NCBI GenBank assembly: GCA_017443895.1
Contig: JAFSXU010000053.1
Location: forward strand, 40,802-104,801
Source: Clostridia bacterium
GTDB taxonomy: Bacteria; Bacillota; Clostridia; UBA1381
Length of the DNA stretch: 64,000 nucleotides
Direction: 5' to 3'
Shown: positions 1 to 8,116 of the stretch, piece by piece
Layout: each line of letters opens with the position of its first letter
How positions within the stretch are numbered: the first letter of the stretch is position 1
Made by a program: the position numbers and the translations under genes
Notes under the pieces: generated by a model
Seen by the model: the letters and a program-made list of their open reading frames with translations, nothing else
Database searches by the model: none
Told to the model about the DNA's origin: nothing

Positions 1-300
1 TGCTAAAACTGAGCAGTGCATTTTATGCGGTGGCAAGCCGTCAAGCGCCTCGGCAACTGCCTTGTTTGTAAGCTTTAGAGCATCTGTTACAGGCTTGCCC
101 TTTATAAGCTCAGTTGCCATAGAGCTTGATGCAATAGCGCTTCCACAACCAAAGGTTTCAAACTTTATATCGGTTATAATATCGTTATCTATCTTTAGAT
201 AGATTTTCATAATATCGCCGCATTTTGCGTTGCCTACCTCGCCGATACCGTCAGCGTTCTCTATCGTTCCTACATTTCTTGGATTTTTAAAATGATCCAT
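1..300 (-). CDS. iscU: Fe-S cluster scaffold protein NifU/IscU (first 100 aa; 3' end runs off the window)
   Basis: Own translation from ATG at 300: MDHFKNPRNVGTIENADGIGEVGNAKCGDIMKIY...FETFGCGSAIASSSMATE...PPHKMHCSVLA. The scaffold Cys motifs are present. It lies directly downstream of nifS. Confidence 0.9.
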   Translation of the reverse strand, partial: MDHFKNPRNVGTIENADGIGEVGNAKCGDIMKIYLKIDNDIITDIKFETFGCGSAIASSSMATELIKGKPVTDALKLTNKAVAEALDGLPPHKMHCSVLA

Positions 301-307
301 TACCTTT

Positions 308-1498
308 TCACTGTATAACATATTCTCTCTTTCCTTTCTGCAAATCACTCCATACAGGAGACATATTTCTTAAATATTCAACAACCTTTGCGGTCTTTTC
401 TATAATATAATCCATTTCCTCGTCCGTGTTTTCATAGTCAATGGATAACCTCAAAGACCCGTGTGCAATCTCATGCGGACGACCTATCGCCAAAAGCACA
501 TGGCTTGGATCAAGTGATCCCGATGTGCAGGCGCTTCCCGATGATGCATAAATTCCGTCCATATCAAGCATCAGTAAAAGTGACTCACCCTCAATGCCCT
601 CAAAGCATACATTTACATTGCCCGGCAATCTGTCCTTCGGGTCGCCGTTTAGAATTGTATGCGGAATTTGGAGTAATCCGTCTATCAATTTATCACGCAT
701 TTTTATAAGCTTCGGCGTATGAGCGTCAATACTGTCGCACGCCTCTTTTATAGCCGCCGCCATACCGACGATTGCAGGCATATTATGTGTTCCTGCTCTT
801 TTACCCTTTTCCTGAGCACCGCCCTCGATAATGTTTGTAAGTCGGATACCTGTTCTTGCATACAGAACTCCAACGCCCTTAGGCCCATGGAATTTATGCG
901 CAGACATTGAAAGCATATCAATATTTTCGTCTTTTACATCAATATGCACATGACCTACTGCCTGTACGGCATCTGTATGGAACAGCACTTTTTTCTCCTT
1001 ACATACCGCGCCAATCTCTTTTATGGGCTGAATACTGCCTATCTCGTTATTTGCATACATCACTGTTACAAGACAGGTATCGTCGCATATTGCGTCCCGT
1101 ACCTGATCAGGTGTTACCATGCCGTTTTCATGAACATCAAGCAGTGTTATTTTAAAGCCCTCTTTTTCAAGCTTGTCCAAGGTGTGCAAAACTGCATGGT
1201 GTTCAAATGCGGTTGATATAATGTGCATTTTCCCCTTTGCCTTGCCTATCATGGCAGCGGATACTATCGCCTGATTATCCGCCTCAGAGCCACCCGATGT
1301 AAAAATTATTTCATTTGGCTTTGCGCCTATGCAATCAGCAACCGTTTCCCTTGCTTTTGTCAATGCCTCCATTGCCTCCTGACCGGGGGTATGCAGGCTT
1401 GACGGATTTGCATAAAAAGTATCAAAATACGGCATCATTGCATCAATTGCAGTTTTGCTCGTCTTTGTTGTTGCCGCATTGTCAGCATATATCTTCAT
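308..1498 (-). CDS. nifS: cysteine desulfurase NifS/IscS family (PLP-dependent)
   Basis: ORF 308..1522. MKIYADNAATT start, SAHKFHGPKG (PLP Lys) and SSGSACTS (active-site Cys) motifs. I prefer the ATG at 1498 over the upstream TTG. Confidence 0.93.
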   Translation of the reverse strand: MKIYADNAATTKTSKTAIDAMMPYFDTFYANPSSLHTPGQEAMEALTKARETVADCIGAKPNEIIFTSGGSEADNQAIVSAAMIGKAKGKMHIISTAFEHHAVLHTLDKLEKEGFKITLLDVHENGMVTPDQVRDAICDDTCLVTVMYANNEIGSIQPIKEIGAVCKEKKVLFHTDAVQAVGHVHIDVKDENIDMLSMSAHKFHGPKGVGVLYARTGIRLTNIIEGGAQEKGKRAGTHNMPAIVGMAAAIKEACDSIDAHTPKLIKMRDKLIDGLLQIPHTILNGDPKDRLPGNVNVCFEGIEGESLLLMLDMDGIYASSGSACTSGSLDPSHVLLAIGRPHEIAHGSLRLSIDYENTDEEMDYIIEKTAKVVEYLRNMSPVWSDLQKGKREYVIQ

Positions 1499-1620
1499 TT
1501 TATAAAAACTTGCTCCTTTCAAAAACCAAGACTGAAAGAAAATTGTTCACAGTGCGGTTTACGCAGTCGTACCTGTAGATTTACGCTGTGGGCAATTTAA
1601 TTCAGGCTTTTCACTTATCT

Positions 1621-1647
1621 ATTTAGCTACTTCTTTGGTAGCTAAAT
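1621..1647. promoter_or_regulatory. perfect 10-bp inverted repeat ATTTAGCTAC-N7-GTAGCTAAAT at the predicted nifS transcription start (operator or 5' stem-loop)
   Basis: Read directly from the sequence. It abuts the -10 box of the nifS promoter. Confidence 0.4.
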
Positions 1648-1648
1648 G

Positions 1649-1677
1649 ATTATAGCATTGTTTTGTATTATTGTCAA
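1649..1677 (-). promoter_or_regulatory. sigma-A type promoter of the nifS-iscU operon (TTGACA-17-TATAAT on the minus strand)
   Basis: The reverse complement reads TTGACAataatacaaaacaatgcTATAAT. Confidence 0.6.
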
Positions 1678-1700
1678 CAGTTTACAGTAACTTTATTTAT

Positions 1701-1737
1701 AAAAAAGAAAAAAGTCTGAAACCTAAGATTTCAGACT
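1701..1737 (-). terminator. intrinsic terminator after the response-regulator gene
   Basis: Stem AGTCTGAAA/TTTCAGACT followed by a T-run on the minus strand. Confidence 0.7.
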
Positions 1738-2410
1738 AACAACCTATAAACCTATAGCCTACGCCATAAACTGTTTCGATAAATTTTGCATTGCCTATCT
1801 TATCACGGATACGCTGTATATGTACGGTAACGGTTGATACATCGCCTAAAGCGTCCATGCCCCAAATCCTGTCAAAAAGCACATCCTTTGAAAACACACG
1901 GTTTGGATTGCTCGCAAGAAATTTTAACAGTTCAAATTCCTTTACGGTAAGCTGTATCGGCTTACCCGCAAAATATACACGGTAGCCCTCGGTGTCAATG
2001 GTAAGCTCGCCGTATTTTATCAAGCCCTTGCCCTTTTTGTTTGATAAAATATCGTATCTGTTTATATGCGCTTTTACCCTTGCAACAAGCTCGTTAGGGC
2101 TAAACGGCTTTGTCATATAATCGTCGGCGCCCAGCCCAAGACCCCGTATTTTATCAATATCCTCAGATTTTGCACTGAGCATAATAACAGGTATCTGCTT
2201 TTTCTTTCTAAGCTCCGTGAGTACCGTAAATCCGTCCATAAACGGGAGCATTATATCAATTATGACAAGCGAATAATCACCTTTTAATGCCATACTAAGT
2301 CCCACATCGCCTGCAAAAGCAATATCACATTCAAACGAGTTTATCCTAAGATAATCAGCCTCTAAAGCTGCGATTGCCTCATCGTCCTCAATTATCAGTA
2401 TTTTATCCAT
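1736..2410 (-). CDS. OmpR/PhoB-family response regulator
   Basis: Receiver domain (ILIIEDDE..., DIMLP) plus a winged-helix C-terminus (VHIQRIRDKI...TVYGVGYRF). Confidence 0.92.
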   Translation of the reverse strand: MDKILIIEDDEAIAALEADYLRINSFECDIAFAGDVGLSMALKGDYSLVIIDIMLPFMDGFTVLTELRKKKQIPVIMLSAKSEDIDKIRGLGLGADDYMTKPFSPNELVARVKAHINRYDILSNKKGKGLIKYGELTIDTEGYRVYFAGKPIQLTVKEFELLKFLASNPNRVFSKDVLFDRIWGMDALGDVSTVTVHIQRIRDKIGNAKFIETVYGVGYRFIGC

Positions 2411-3563
2411 TGTTTTCCTCCCATACAGGCAAGCAAATTATATTTGTTATGCCAATCTTATTGGGGCAAATCCAAATTCTGCCTCCGTGCCGTTCAATAA
2501 TCTGCTTTGCAATGCCAAGTCCCAAGCCGCTGCCTCCTGTGTTTAAGTTCCGTGAGCTGTCGCTTCTGTAAAAGCTCTCAAACACCTTTTTGGCCTCGTC
2601 ATCACTCATACCTATCCCGTTATCGGAGATTTCTATATATGCGTTCTTTCCCGAAATATATGTCCTGACCTTTATTTTCCCCGTATCGGAGCCTTTGTAT
2701 TTTAACGAATTGGTTATAAGATTTAACAGTACCCTCGATAATTTTTCTCTGTCGGCCCTTACCGTAATCGGAGTTTTTGAAATGTCAAGTGTAGTGCTCA
2801 TATTATTTTTTTCAAGGTCAAGACTGAAATCTTCTATAAACTCTAAAACAAACGCATTTAAGTCAATTTTTGAAAAATAAAATTCAAGCTTTCCAAGCTC
2901 CAATTTTGAATACTGCGACAAATTATTTACCATATCCAAAATCATATCCGTTTTCTTTGTTATGGTGTCAAGATAGAGCTTTAATTTTTCGGGCGTATCG
3001 CAGAGTCCGTCATTTACGCCCTCAACATAGCCTTTTATAGCGGTTATGGGAGTTTTTAAATCATGGGATATGTTTGCAATAAGCATATTCTTTTCCTTGT
3101 TTGCAAGCTCCGCCTCATACCCTGCACGCTTTAGCGACAGCCTCATTTTATCAAAGCTCTCGCACAGCTTATCAATCTCGTCATATTCAGAGCCGACTAT
3201 GCCGAAATTAAGATTGCCGTTTCGTATCTCGTTTGCGGAGCGGTTAAGCTGTATAATCGGGTCATAAATGGATTTTGACAAATACTGCGTCATAATGGTT
3301 ATAACCGTTACAAGCACCACAAGGCAAATCAAAAACCACACAATAATATACCAAATTGCAGACGGGTTATCGTGGAGCCACACGCCTATTGCATCCGTAA
3401 AAACCTTTGGGTCTATTAAGGCACTGCGACTGATATTCATTTTCTCAACAGGGAATTTTAATATGAACAAAACAACGCAAAACGCACTTATAACACCGAT
3501 ACATATTATCGGTGTTACAAGCATTATAATATTTGAAATTGCAAATTTTGTCTTTATCTTCAA
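2403..3563 (-). CDS. membrane sensor histidine kinase (HAMP-HisKA-HATPase)
   Basis: H-box ISHDLKTPIT, N-box LITNSLKY, and G-boxes DNGIGM and GGSGLGLGIAKQI. TTG start with a GGGGA RBS. Overlaps the RR gene by 8 nt. Confidence 0.9.
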   Translation of the reverse strand: MKIKTKFAISNIIMLVTPIICIGVISAFCVVLFILKFPVEKMNISRSALIDPKVFTDAIGVWLHDNPSAIWYIIVWFLICLVVLVTVITIMTQYLSKSIYDPIIQLNRSANEIRNGNLNFGIVGSEYDEIDKLCESFDKMRLSLKRAGYEAELANKEKNMLIANISHDLKTPITAIKGYVEGVNDGLCDTPEKLKLYLDTITKKTDMILDMVNNLSQYSKLELGKLEFYFSKIDLNAFVLEFIEDFSLDLEKNNMSTTLDISKTPITVRADREKLSRVLLNLITNSLKYKGSDTGKIKVRTYISGKNAYIEISDNGIGMSDDEAKKVFESFYRSDSSRNLNTGGSGLGLGIAKQIIERHGGRIWICPNKIGITNIICLPVWEENNG

Positions 3564-3573
3564 AATACATTCC

Positions 3574-3695
3574 CCTTAGAAATCCATATTATCGAGCTAA
3601 GCGAATACGACTCGTCAGCCGCCACAAGTGGCGTCAGTCGAGTTCTTTTAAACATACGAAAACCGGATAGCCTTACCTTAGAAATCCATCTTATC
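3574..3695. repeat. 20-bp direct repeats (3574-3593 and 3676-3695, 1 mismatch) flanking an ~82-bp hairpin-containing segment
   Basis: CCTTAGAAATCCAT[A/C]TTATC occurs twice, 102 bp apart. Each copy encodes a ...(N/K)MDF-stop gene end on the minus strand. Confidence 0.75.
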
Positions 3696-4427
3696 AAATA
3701 TTATATATGATATTGAATATAAAATCAATATACTTCCTGCCACTATACCCGTTTTTGACACAATAACATAGAACGGTACTGTGCTTCCAAGCAGGAGCTT
3801 ATGCCATTCAAGGTAGCTTGTAAACATAAACGAGCCTACCGTACCGTTATAGTAGCTAAGATATGTAAGCGCAAGGTATACAATTACAGAAACCAAAAGC
3901 GACAATGCAGGGCCTTTTAGCATAAGGCTTATACACACGCTCATTATAACTACGCCCATAAGCGGTATAAGGTCAATTACATATGCAAGAAATACCGTAA
4001 ATGCATTATTAAAACCACCGCCCGAGATAAGCTGCATAAAAAGGCACATAAGATACAATGAAAAATAGCAAATACACCCGATTATAAGCACCGCAACGGA
4101 TTTTACTGCCAGCACTCTGCCCCTTGTAATAGGCTGCGACAATACGCTTTTTATTGTGTCCTCCTGGATTTCTGACGGGAACAGGTCAGATACCGCCAAA
4201 AACACCATAAACGGAGTAAACACACGCACATTAAACGATACCATATCATATACCGACGCCATACCCTTGCCTAACTCAAAGCCGTTATTTAACGCCCAAT
4301 GCGCCATACCGCCAATAATAATCGTGCCTAAAAACCGTACAAGCACAATAGCTAAGGCTATTATAAGAAACACGATATATTTCTTTTTTGAAAACAGCTT
4401 TATAAGCTCATTTTTTAATGCAATCAT
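3678..4427 (-). CDS. ABC-2 type transporter permease
   Basis: 249-aa polytopic membrane protein translationally coupled to the upstream ABC ATPase (4-nt overlap). Confidence 0.75.
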   Translation of the reverse strand: MIALKNELIKLFSKKKYIVFLIIALAIVLVRFLGTIIIGGMAHWALNNGFELGKGMASVYDMVSFNVRVFTPFMVFLAVSDLFPSEIQEDTIKSVLSQPITRGRVLAVKSVAVLIIGCICYFSLYLMCLFMQLISGGGFNNAFTVFLAYVIDLIPLMGVVIMSVCISLMLKGPALSLLVSVIVYLALTYLSYYNGTVGSFMFTSYLEWHKLLLGSTVPFYVIVSKTGIVAGSILILYSISYIIFDKMDF

Positions 4428-5149
4428 AACAGGGCACCTCTCTTTTGCTTTATCTGTTCAAGAAAATACTCCTCCAATGACGGGTATTTTCTCTCTATAT
4501 CCGATACCGTATCCTCTGCGGCTACCTCGCCGTCATACAACACCGCAACACGGTTACATACCTTTTCAAGCTCGGATGCGATATGTGATGAAATAATAAA
4601 GGTCGTTCCTTTTTTGTTTTGCTCCTCTATTATCTCCCTAACGCCCACAACGCCCTCTATATCAAGACCGTTTACAGGCTCGTCTAAAATAACAAGCTCA
4701 GGGTTACCCACAAGTGCCATACTAAGCCCTAACCTTTGCTTCATACCAAGTGAAAACCGTTCCGCGTGGTCATTGGCATACGGTAAAAGTCCGACTGTTT
4801 TTAAAGTTTCCAAGGCTTTTTCCTTATCAACACCGTGCATTCTTGCAACAAGCATAAGATTATCAATTGCCGAGAGCTTTTTATATATCGCAGGCGCCTC
4901 TATCAATGAGCCGACGCTTTTCATAACACGCTCAAAATTATCCTCCGCATCAAGTCCGAAAAGCGTTAGCTCGCCCGAATTTTTCCGTATAAGTCCGCAC
5001 AAAAGCTTCATTATTGTTGTCTTTCCCGAGCCGTTTGGACCAAGCAAGCCCAAAACATCGCCCTTGTTTACACTAATGGTTATGTCCTTTATGCCACGGT
5101 TATTTTTATACAGTTTTTTGACCGCATTTATTCTTACTATTTCCGCCAT
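4424..5149 (-). CDS. ABC transporter ATP-binding protein
   Basis: Walker A GPNGSGKTT, signature FSLGMKQRL, Walker B LVILDEP. Confidence 0.93.
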   Translation of the reverse strand: MAEIVRINAVKKLYKNNRGIKDITISVNKGDVLGLLGPNGSGKTTIMKLLCGLIRKNSGELTLFGLDAEDNFERVMKSVGSLIEAPAIYKKLSAIDNLMLVARMHGVDKEKALETLKTVGLLPYANDHAERFSLGMKQRLGLSMALVGNPELVILDEPVNGLDIEGVVGVREIIEEQNKKGTTFIISSHIASELEKVCNRVAVLYDGEVAAEDTVSDIERKYPSLEEYFLEQIKQKRGALL

Positions 5150-5162
5150 AATTCTGCCCTTT

Positions 5163-6074
5163 TTATTCTTCTTCTGTTACTTCTTCCGTATACTCTACTT
5201 CCATCGGTGCGTAATCTTTTGACACATCGTATGCATTTTTCCTGTCCTCTTCGCTTATTTCCTGTGGTACGGTTGTGCCAATATCTGTAAGATTGGCATT
5301 TACCTCCAAGGTCATAGTATGCTCGTTGCCCTCAAGAACGCCTACTATCTTTGCATCTGTTATTTTATTGTTTTTATCAACCACAAACTTTAGCGAAGCA
5401 GTTTTTACAGTTGGGTTTTCGCCCATCTGCTTTACAGCCTTTTCCTCGTCCGTCATATGCTCCTCATCAATATACTCCATGACATTTGCATATATTACCC
5501 CAAAGCCTGCATTTACAATTTCGGGTATCTGTACGGAGCTTAGCGTAATCTGATATGTTTTTTCATCATCTGTCTGCAATGTTAAGATGAAGTTATTTTT
5601 TAAATCACCGACAAATGTGTCAACAAATAATTCGGCAAATCTTATATACTTTGCAACGGTTTTATCGTTTTTGTCGAGTGACAGCGTACTTCTGATCCCT
5701 ATTTCTTCTCTTATTGGGAATTTATGAAATTTTATTTTATTGTCCTCTATATCCATATATGAGGTGTACTCATATGGCTCATTGGCTATAACGCACTCTA
5801 TGTGCCTGGAATTGTTATTACCCTTATCTTCAATATACAGTGCACCGCTTGCCTTGTCAAACTGCTCATCCCTTGACTCGGTATCAAGCACCTTACCGTC
5901 AGCCTTTAGTGTTAAATCGTATTTAAGCGTGTAATTGGGTGTGTCAAAAGTATCAATAACCGCCTTTTTTAAAACATCGTATCCGTTTGATGATGTATAG
6001 CTTGCAAATGCGGCAGTGGATAGGGTTACAATGCCTACTGCCAAGGCTATCAGTGCTTTTGTCTTTTTTTTCAT
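5163..6074 (-). CDS. secreted protein of unknown function, first gene of the ABC/TCS operon
   Basis: Signal peptide MKKKTKALIALAVGIVTLSTAAFA. I recognise no family. Confidence 0.6.
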   Translation of the reverse strand: MKKKTKALIALAVGIVTLSTAAFASYTSSNGYDVLKKAVIDTFDTPNYTLKYDLTLKADGKVLDTESRDEQFDKASGALYIEDKGNNNSRHIECVIANEPYEYTSYMDIEDNKIKFHKFPIREEIGIRSTLSLDKNDKTVAKYIRFAELFVDTFVGDLKNNFILTLQTDDEKTYQITLSSVQIPEIVNAGFGVIYANVMEYIDEEHMTDEEKAVKQMGENPTVKTASLKFVVDKNNKITDAKIVGVLEGNEHTMTLEVNANLTDIGTTVPQEISEEDRKNAYDVSKDYAPMEVEYTEEVTEEE

Positions 6075-6202
6075 ATAAATCCTTCCTTTCGTTATTTGAA
6101 TTTTTAAAAGAGTTGCATCTCTTTAATCCTATATTAAACTGTCTTTATAAAGATTATATAATACAATTCTAAACTTTTTATAAACAAATGAAAATTTTTT
6201 AT

Positions 6203-6222
6203 ATAAATTTTGGTTTACCGCA
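6203..6222. repeat. solo terminal segment of the MITE-like family (ATAAATTTTGGTTTAccGCA)
   Basis: A 15-nt exact match (ATAAATTTTGGTTTA) to the ends of the elements at 29201 and 46392; the copy at 20218 matches from its second base (AAATTTTGGTTTA). Confidence 0.5.
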
Positions 6223-6223
6223 C

Positions 6224-6253
6224 AAAAAAATCCGAAACCTTACGGTTTCGGAT
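6224..6253 (-). terminator. intrinsic terminator of rpmA
   Basis: Stem ATCCGAAACC/GGTTTCGGAT, TTAC loop, and a T7 run on the minus strand. Confidence 0.8.
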
Positions 6254-6265
6254 TTAACAGACATA

Positions 6266-6520
6266 TTAGTCAGCATAAACACTGCACTGTTTCTTATCTC
6301 TGCCTTTTCTTTCAAACTTTACTGTACCGTCGATAAGAGCGAATAATGTATCATCGCTACCGATACCAACATTGTTACCAGGATGAATTTTTGTTCCTCT
6401 CTGTCTAACAAGAATGTTACCGGCTAAAACAAACTGACCGTCAGCACGCTTTGCGCCGAGTCTTTTTGATTCACTGTCACGACCGTTTTTTGTACTACCC
6501 ATACCTTTTTTATGAGCCAT
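6266..6520 (-). CDS. rpmA: 50S ribosomal protein L27 (no N-terminal propeptide)
   Basis: [31 protein letters not shown]... An in-frame TAA lies immediately upstream of the ATG. Confidence 0.97.
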   Translation of the reverse strand: MAHKKGMGSTKNGRDSESKRLGAKRADGQFVLAGNILVRQRGTKIHPGNNVGIGSDDTLFALIDGTVKFERKGRDKKQCSVYAD

Positions 6521-6562
6521 TTAAAACACCTCGTTTCTCAAAAATCTAATTTATACCGATAT

Positions 6563-6874
6563 TCAGGCGTTAATCTTAACGATTTCAACCTTTGTATATG
6601 GCTGTCTGTGGCCACGCTTTTTACGCTCATTCTTCTTGCGCTTCATTTTGAAAACATAAATTTTCTTTGCCTTGCCATTCTTAACAACCTTAGCTGTAAC
6701 TGTTGCGCCCTCTACTGTAGGAGCACCTACTGTTACTGCCTCGCCTTCACCTGTTAAAAGAACCCGGTCAAATGTTACCTCTGTTCCCTCTTCTGCTTCA
6801 AGCTTCTCAACGAATAATGTATCACCCTCTGATACCTTATACTGCTTTCCGCCTGTTACGATTACTGCATACAT
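6563..6874 (-). CDS. rplU: 50S ribosomal protein L21
   Basis: [25 protein letters not shown]... Confidence 0.97.
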   Translation of the reverse strand: MYAVIVTGGKQYKVSEGDTLFVEKLEAEEGTEVTFDRVLLTGEGEAVTVGAPTVEGATVTAKVVKNGKAKKIYVFKMKRKKNERKKRGHRQPYTKVEIVKINA

Positions 6875-6966
6875 TATAAAAACACCTCCTCTTACTTTTT
6901 TGAGGACACGCTATTGTAGGTATTTGCCTATTACGGCAAAATTTGAGACCTATTCTATGCGGTCGC
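6875..6966 (-). promoter_or_regulatory. 5' leader of rplU-rpmA (possible L21-leader-type structure)
   Basis: A ~90-nt untranslated leader between the promoter and the RBS, containing the hairpin TTGCC-gtaata-GGCAA. Assignment to the Rfam L21 leader is not verified. Confidence 0.3.
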
Positions 6967-6972
6967 TAATAC

Positions 6973-7001
6973 ATTTTAACAAAGAAGGTGACAATTGTCA
7001 A
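6973..7001 (-). promoter_or_regulatory. sigma-A promoter of rplU (TTGACA-17-TAAAAT on the minus strand)
   Basis: The reverse complement reads TTGACAattgtcaccttctttgtTAAAAT. Confidence 0.6.
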
Positions 7002-7174
7002 GCATTTTCCAAAAAAAATTTTCAGGCTTTTTGCATATGATTTATCGGGTCCGTCGGTTAAATTTGTAGGATAAACAGGTAAAAAATGTCACCTTGTAAC
7101 GGTATATTCCAAATGATATAATATTATATAATCCATATAATATGTACATTTACGCTCTGGGAATGGAGGGCAAT

Positions 7175-8032
7175 ATGAAGATAGGCATAAAATTTAATAT
7201 TTTTAACAGTGGCTACTGCCGATACGGTGATAAGAAATATATAAAGCTCAAGGAACACGGATTTTCTTGTATTGACTTTAATATGACAAGCACCAATACA
7301 GAGCTGTATACCTCTCCTGCCCCGGACAGGCTTTTGCTTTATGAAAAAGCGTTGGCGGATGATGCAGGCATTGAAATACACCAAGCCCACGGGCCATGGA
7401 GATCCCCTCCAAAGGACGGAACTTCTGAGGAGCGTTTGGAGCGGATGGAAAAAATGAAAACATCAATTTACCTTACATCTCTCCTTGGCTGTAAGAATTG
7501 GGTTATTCACCCTCTTATGCCATTAGGAGCGGATGATTTGGTAACGGGCAACGAAAAAGGGACATGGGATATAAACCTTCGGTTTATGAGGGAACTGCTC
7601 ATCAGTGCCAAGGAATACGGCGTTACAATTTGCCTTGAAAATCTGCCGATGACGAAGTTTTCCCTTGCAAAACCTGCATCAATTTTGAATTTTGTTGAAG
7701 AAATAGCGGATGAGAATTTTAAAATCTGTCTTGATACGGGGCATGTATCTGTATTTGATGATTTATCTTTATGTGATGAGGTAAGGCGTCTTGGAGATAA
7801 AATAAAAGTCTTACATGTTCATGATAACAAATTCGGCAAAGATTTGCACTTGATGCCCTATTTTGGCTCTATAGATTGGAAAGCCTTTGCCCGTTCTCTT
7901 AAAGAGATTGGCTATGACGGCGTGTTTTCTCTTGAAACAACAGCGCCTGATACACTGCCTGATTTCCTTTTTGAAAAGTGCAATATCCTGCTTTATGAGA
8001 TTGCAGACCAAATTATAAACGGAAATGAATAA
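7175..8032 (+). CDS. sugar phosphate isomerase/epimerase (xylose-isomerase-like TIM barrel)
   Basis: A GGAGGG RBS precedes the ATG at 7175. AP_endonuc_2-like pattern (ICLENL..., LDTGH, LHVHDN, FSLE). Confidence 0.8.
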   Translation: MKIGIKFNIFNSGYCRYGDKKYIKLKEHGFSCIDFNMTSTNTELYTSPAPDRLLLYEKALADDAGIEIHQAHGPWRSPPKDGTSEERLERMEKMKTSIYLTSLLGCKNWVIHPLMPLGADDLVTGNEKGTWDINLRFMRELLISAKEYGVTICLENLPMTKFSLAKPASILNFVEEIADENFKICLDTGHVSVFDDLSLCDEVRRLGDKIKVLHVHDNKFGKDLHLMPYFGSIDWKAFARSLKEIGYDGVFSLETTAPDTLPDFLFEKCNILLYEIADQIINGNE

Positions 8033-8116
8033 AAAGCTCTAATATACCGATGCCCTGCACCTGATTTTTAAGATATTGTTATAACGAAAAAATAAAAAGA
8101 TACGGAGGTAAAAAAA

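Noticed and set aside
1561-1572. Shared 12-mer ACGCAGTCGTAC in the hairpins at 1561 and 57230, and a similar TACGACTCGTC at 3606, which suggested one repeat family for three intergenic hairpins.
   Set aside because: In 64 kb on both strands, hundreds of 12-mer coincidences are expected by chance. Outside the 12-mer the three segments do not align, so I treat them as independent structures.
3600-3660. Hammerhead-like CUGANGA cores in intergenic hairpins: CTGACGAG on the minus strand at about 3605-3625, and CTGAGGAC on the minus strand at about 57255.
   Set aside because: The required GAAA and stem II/III geometry and the cleavage-site context are absent.
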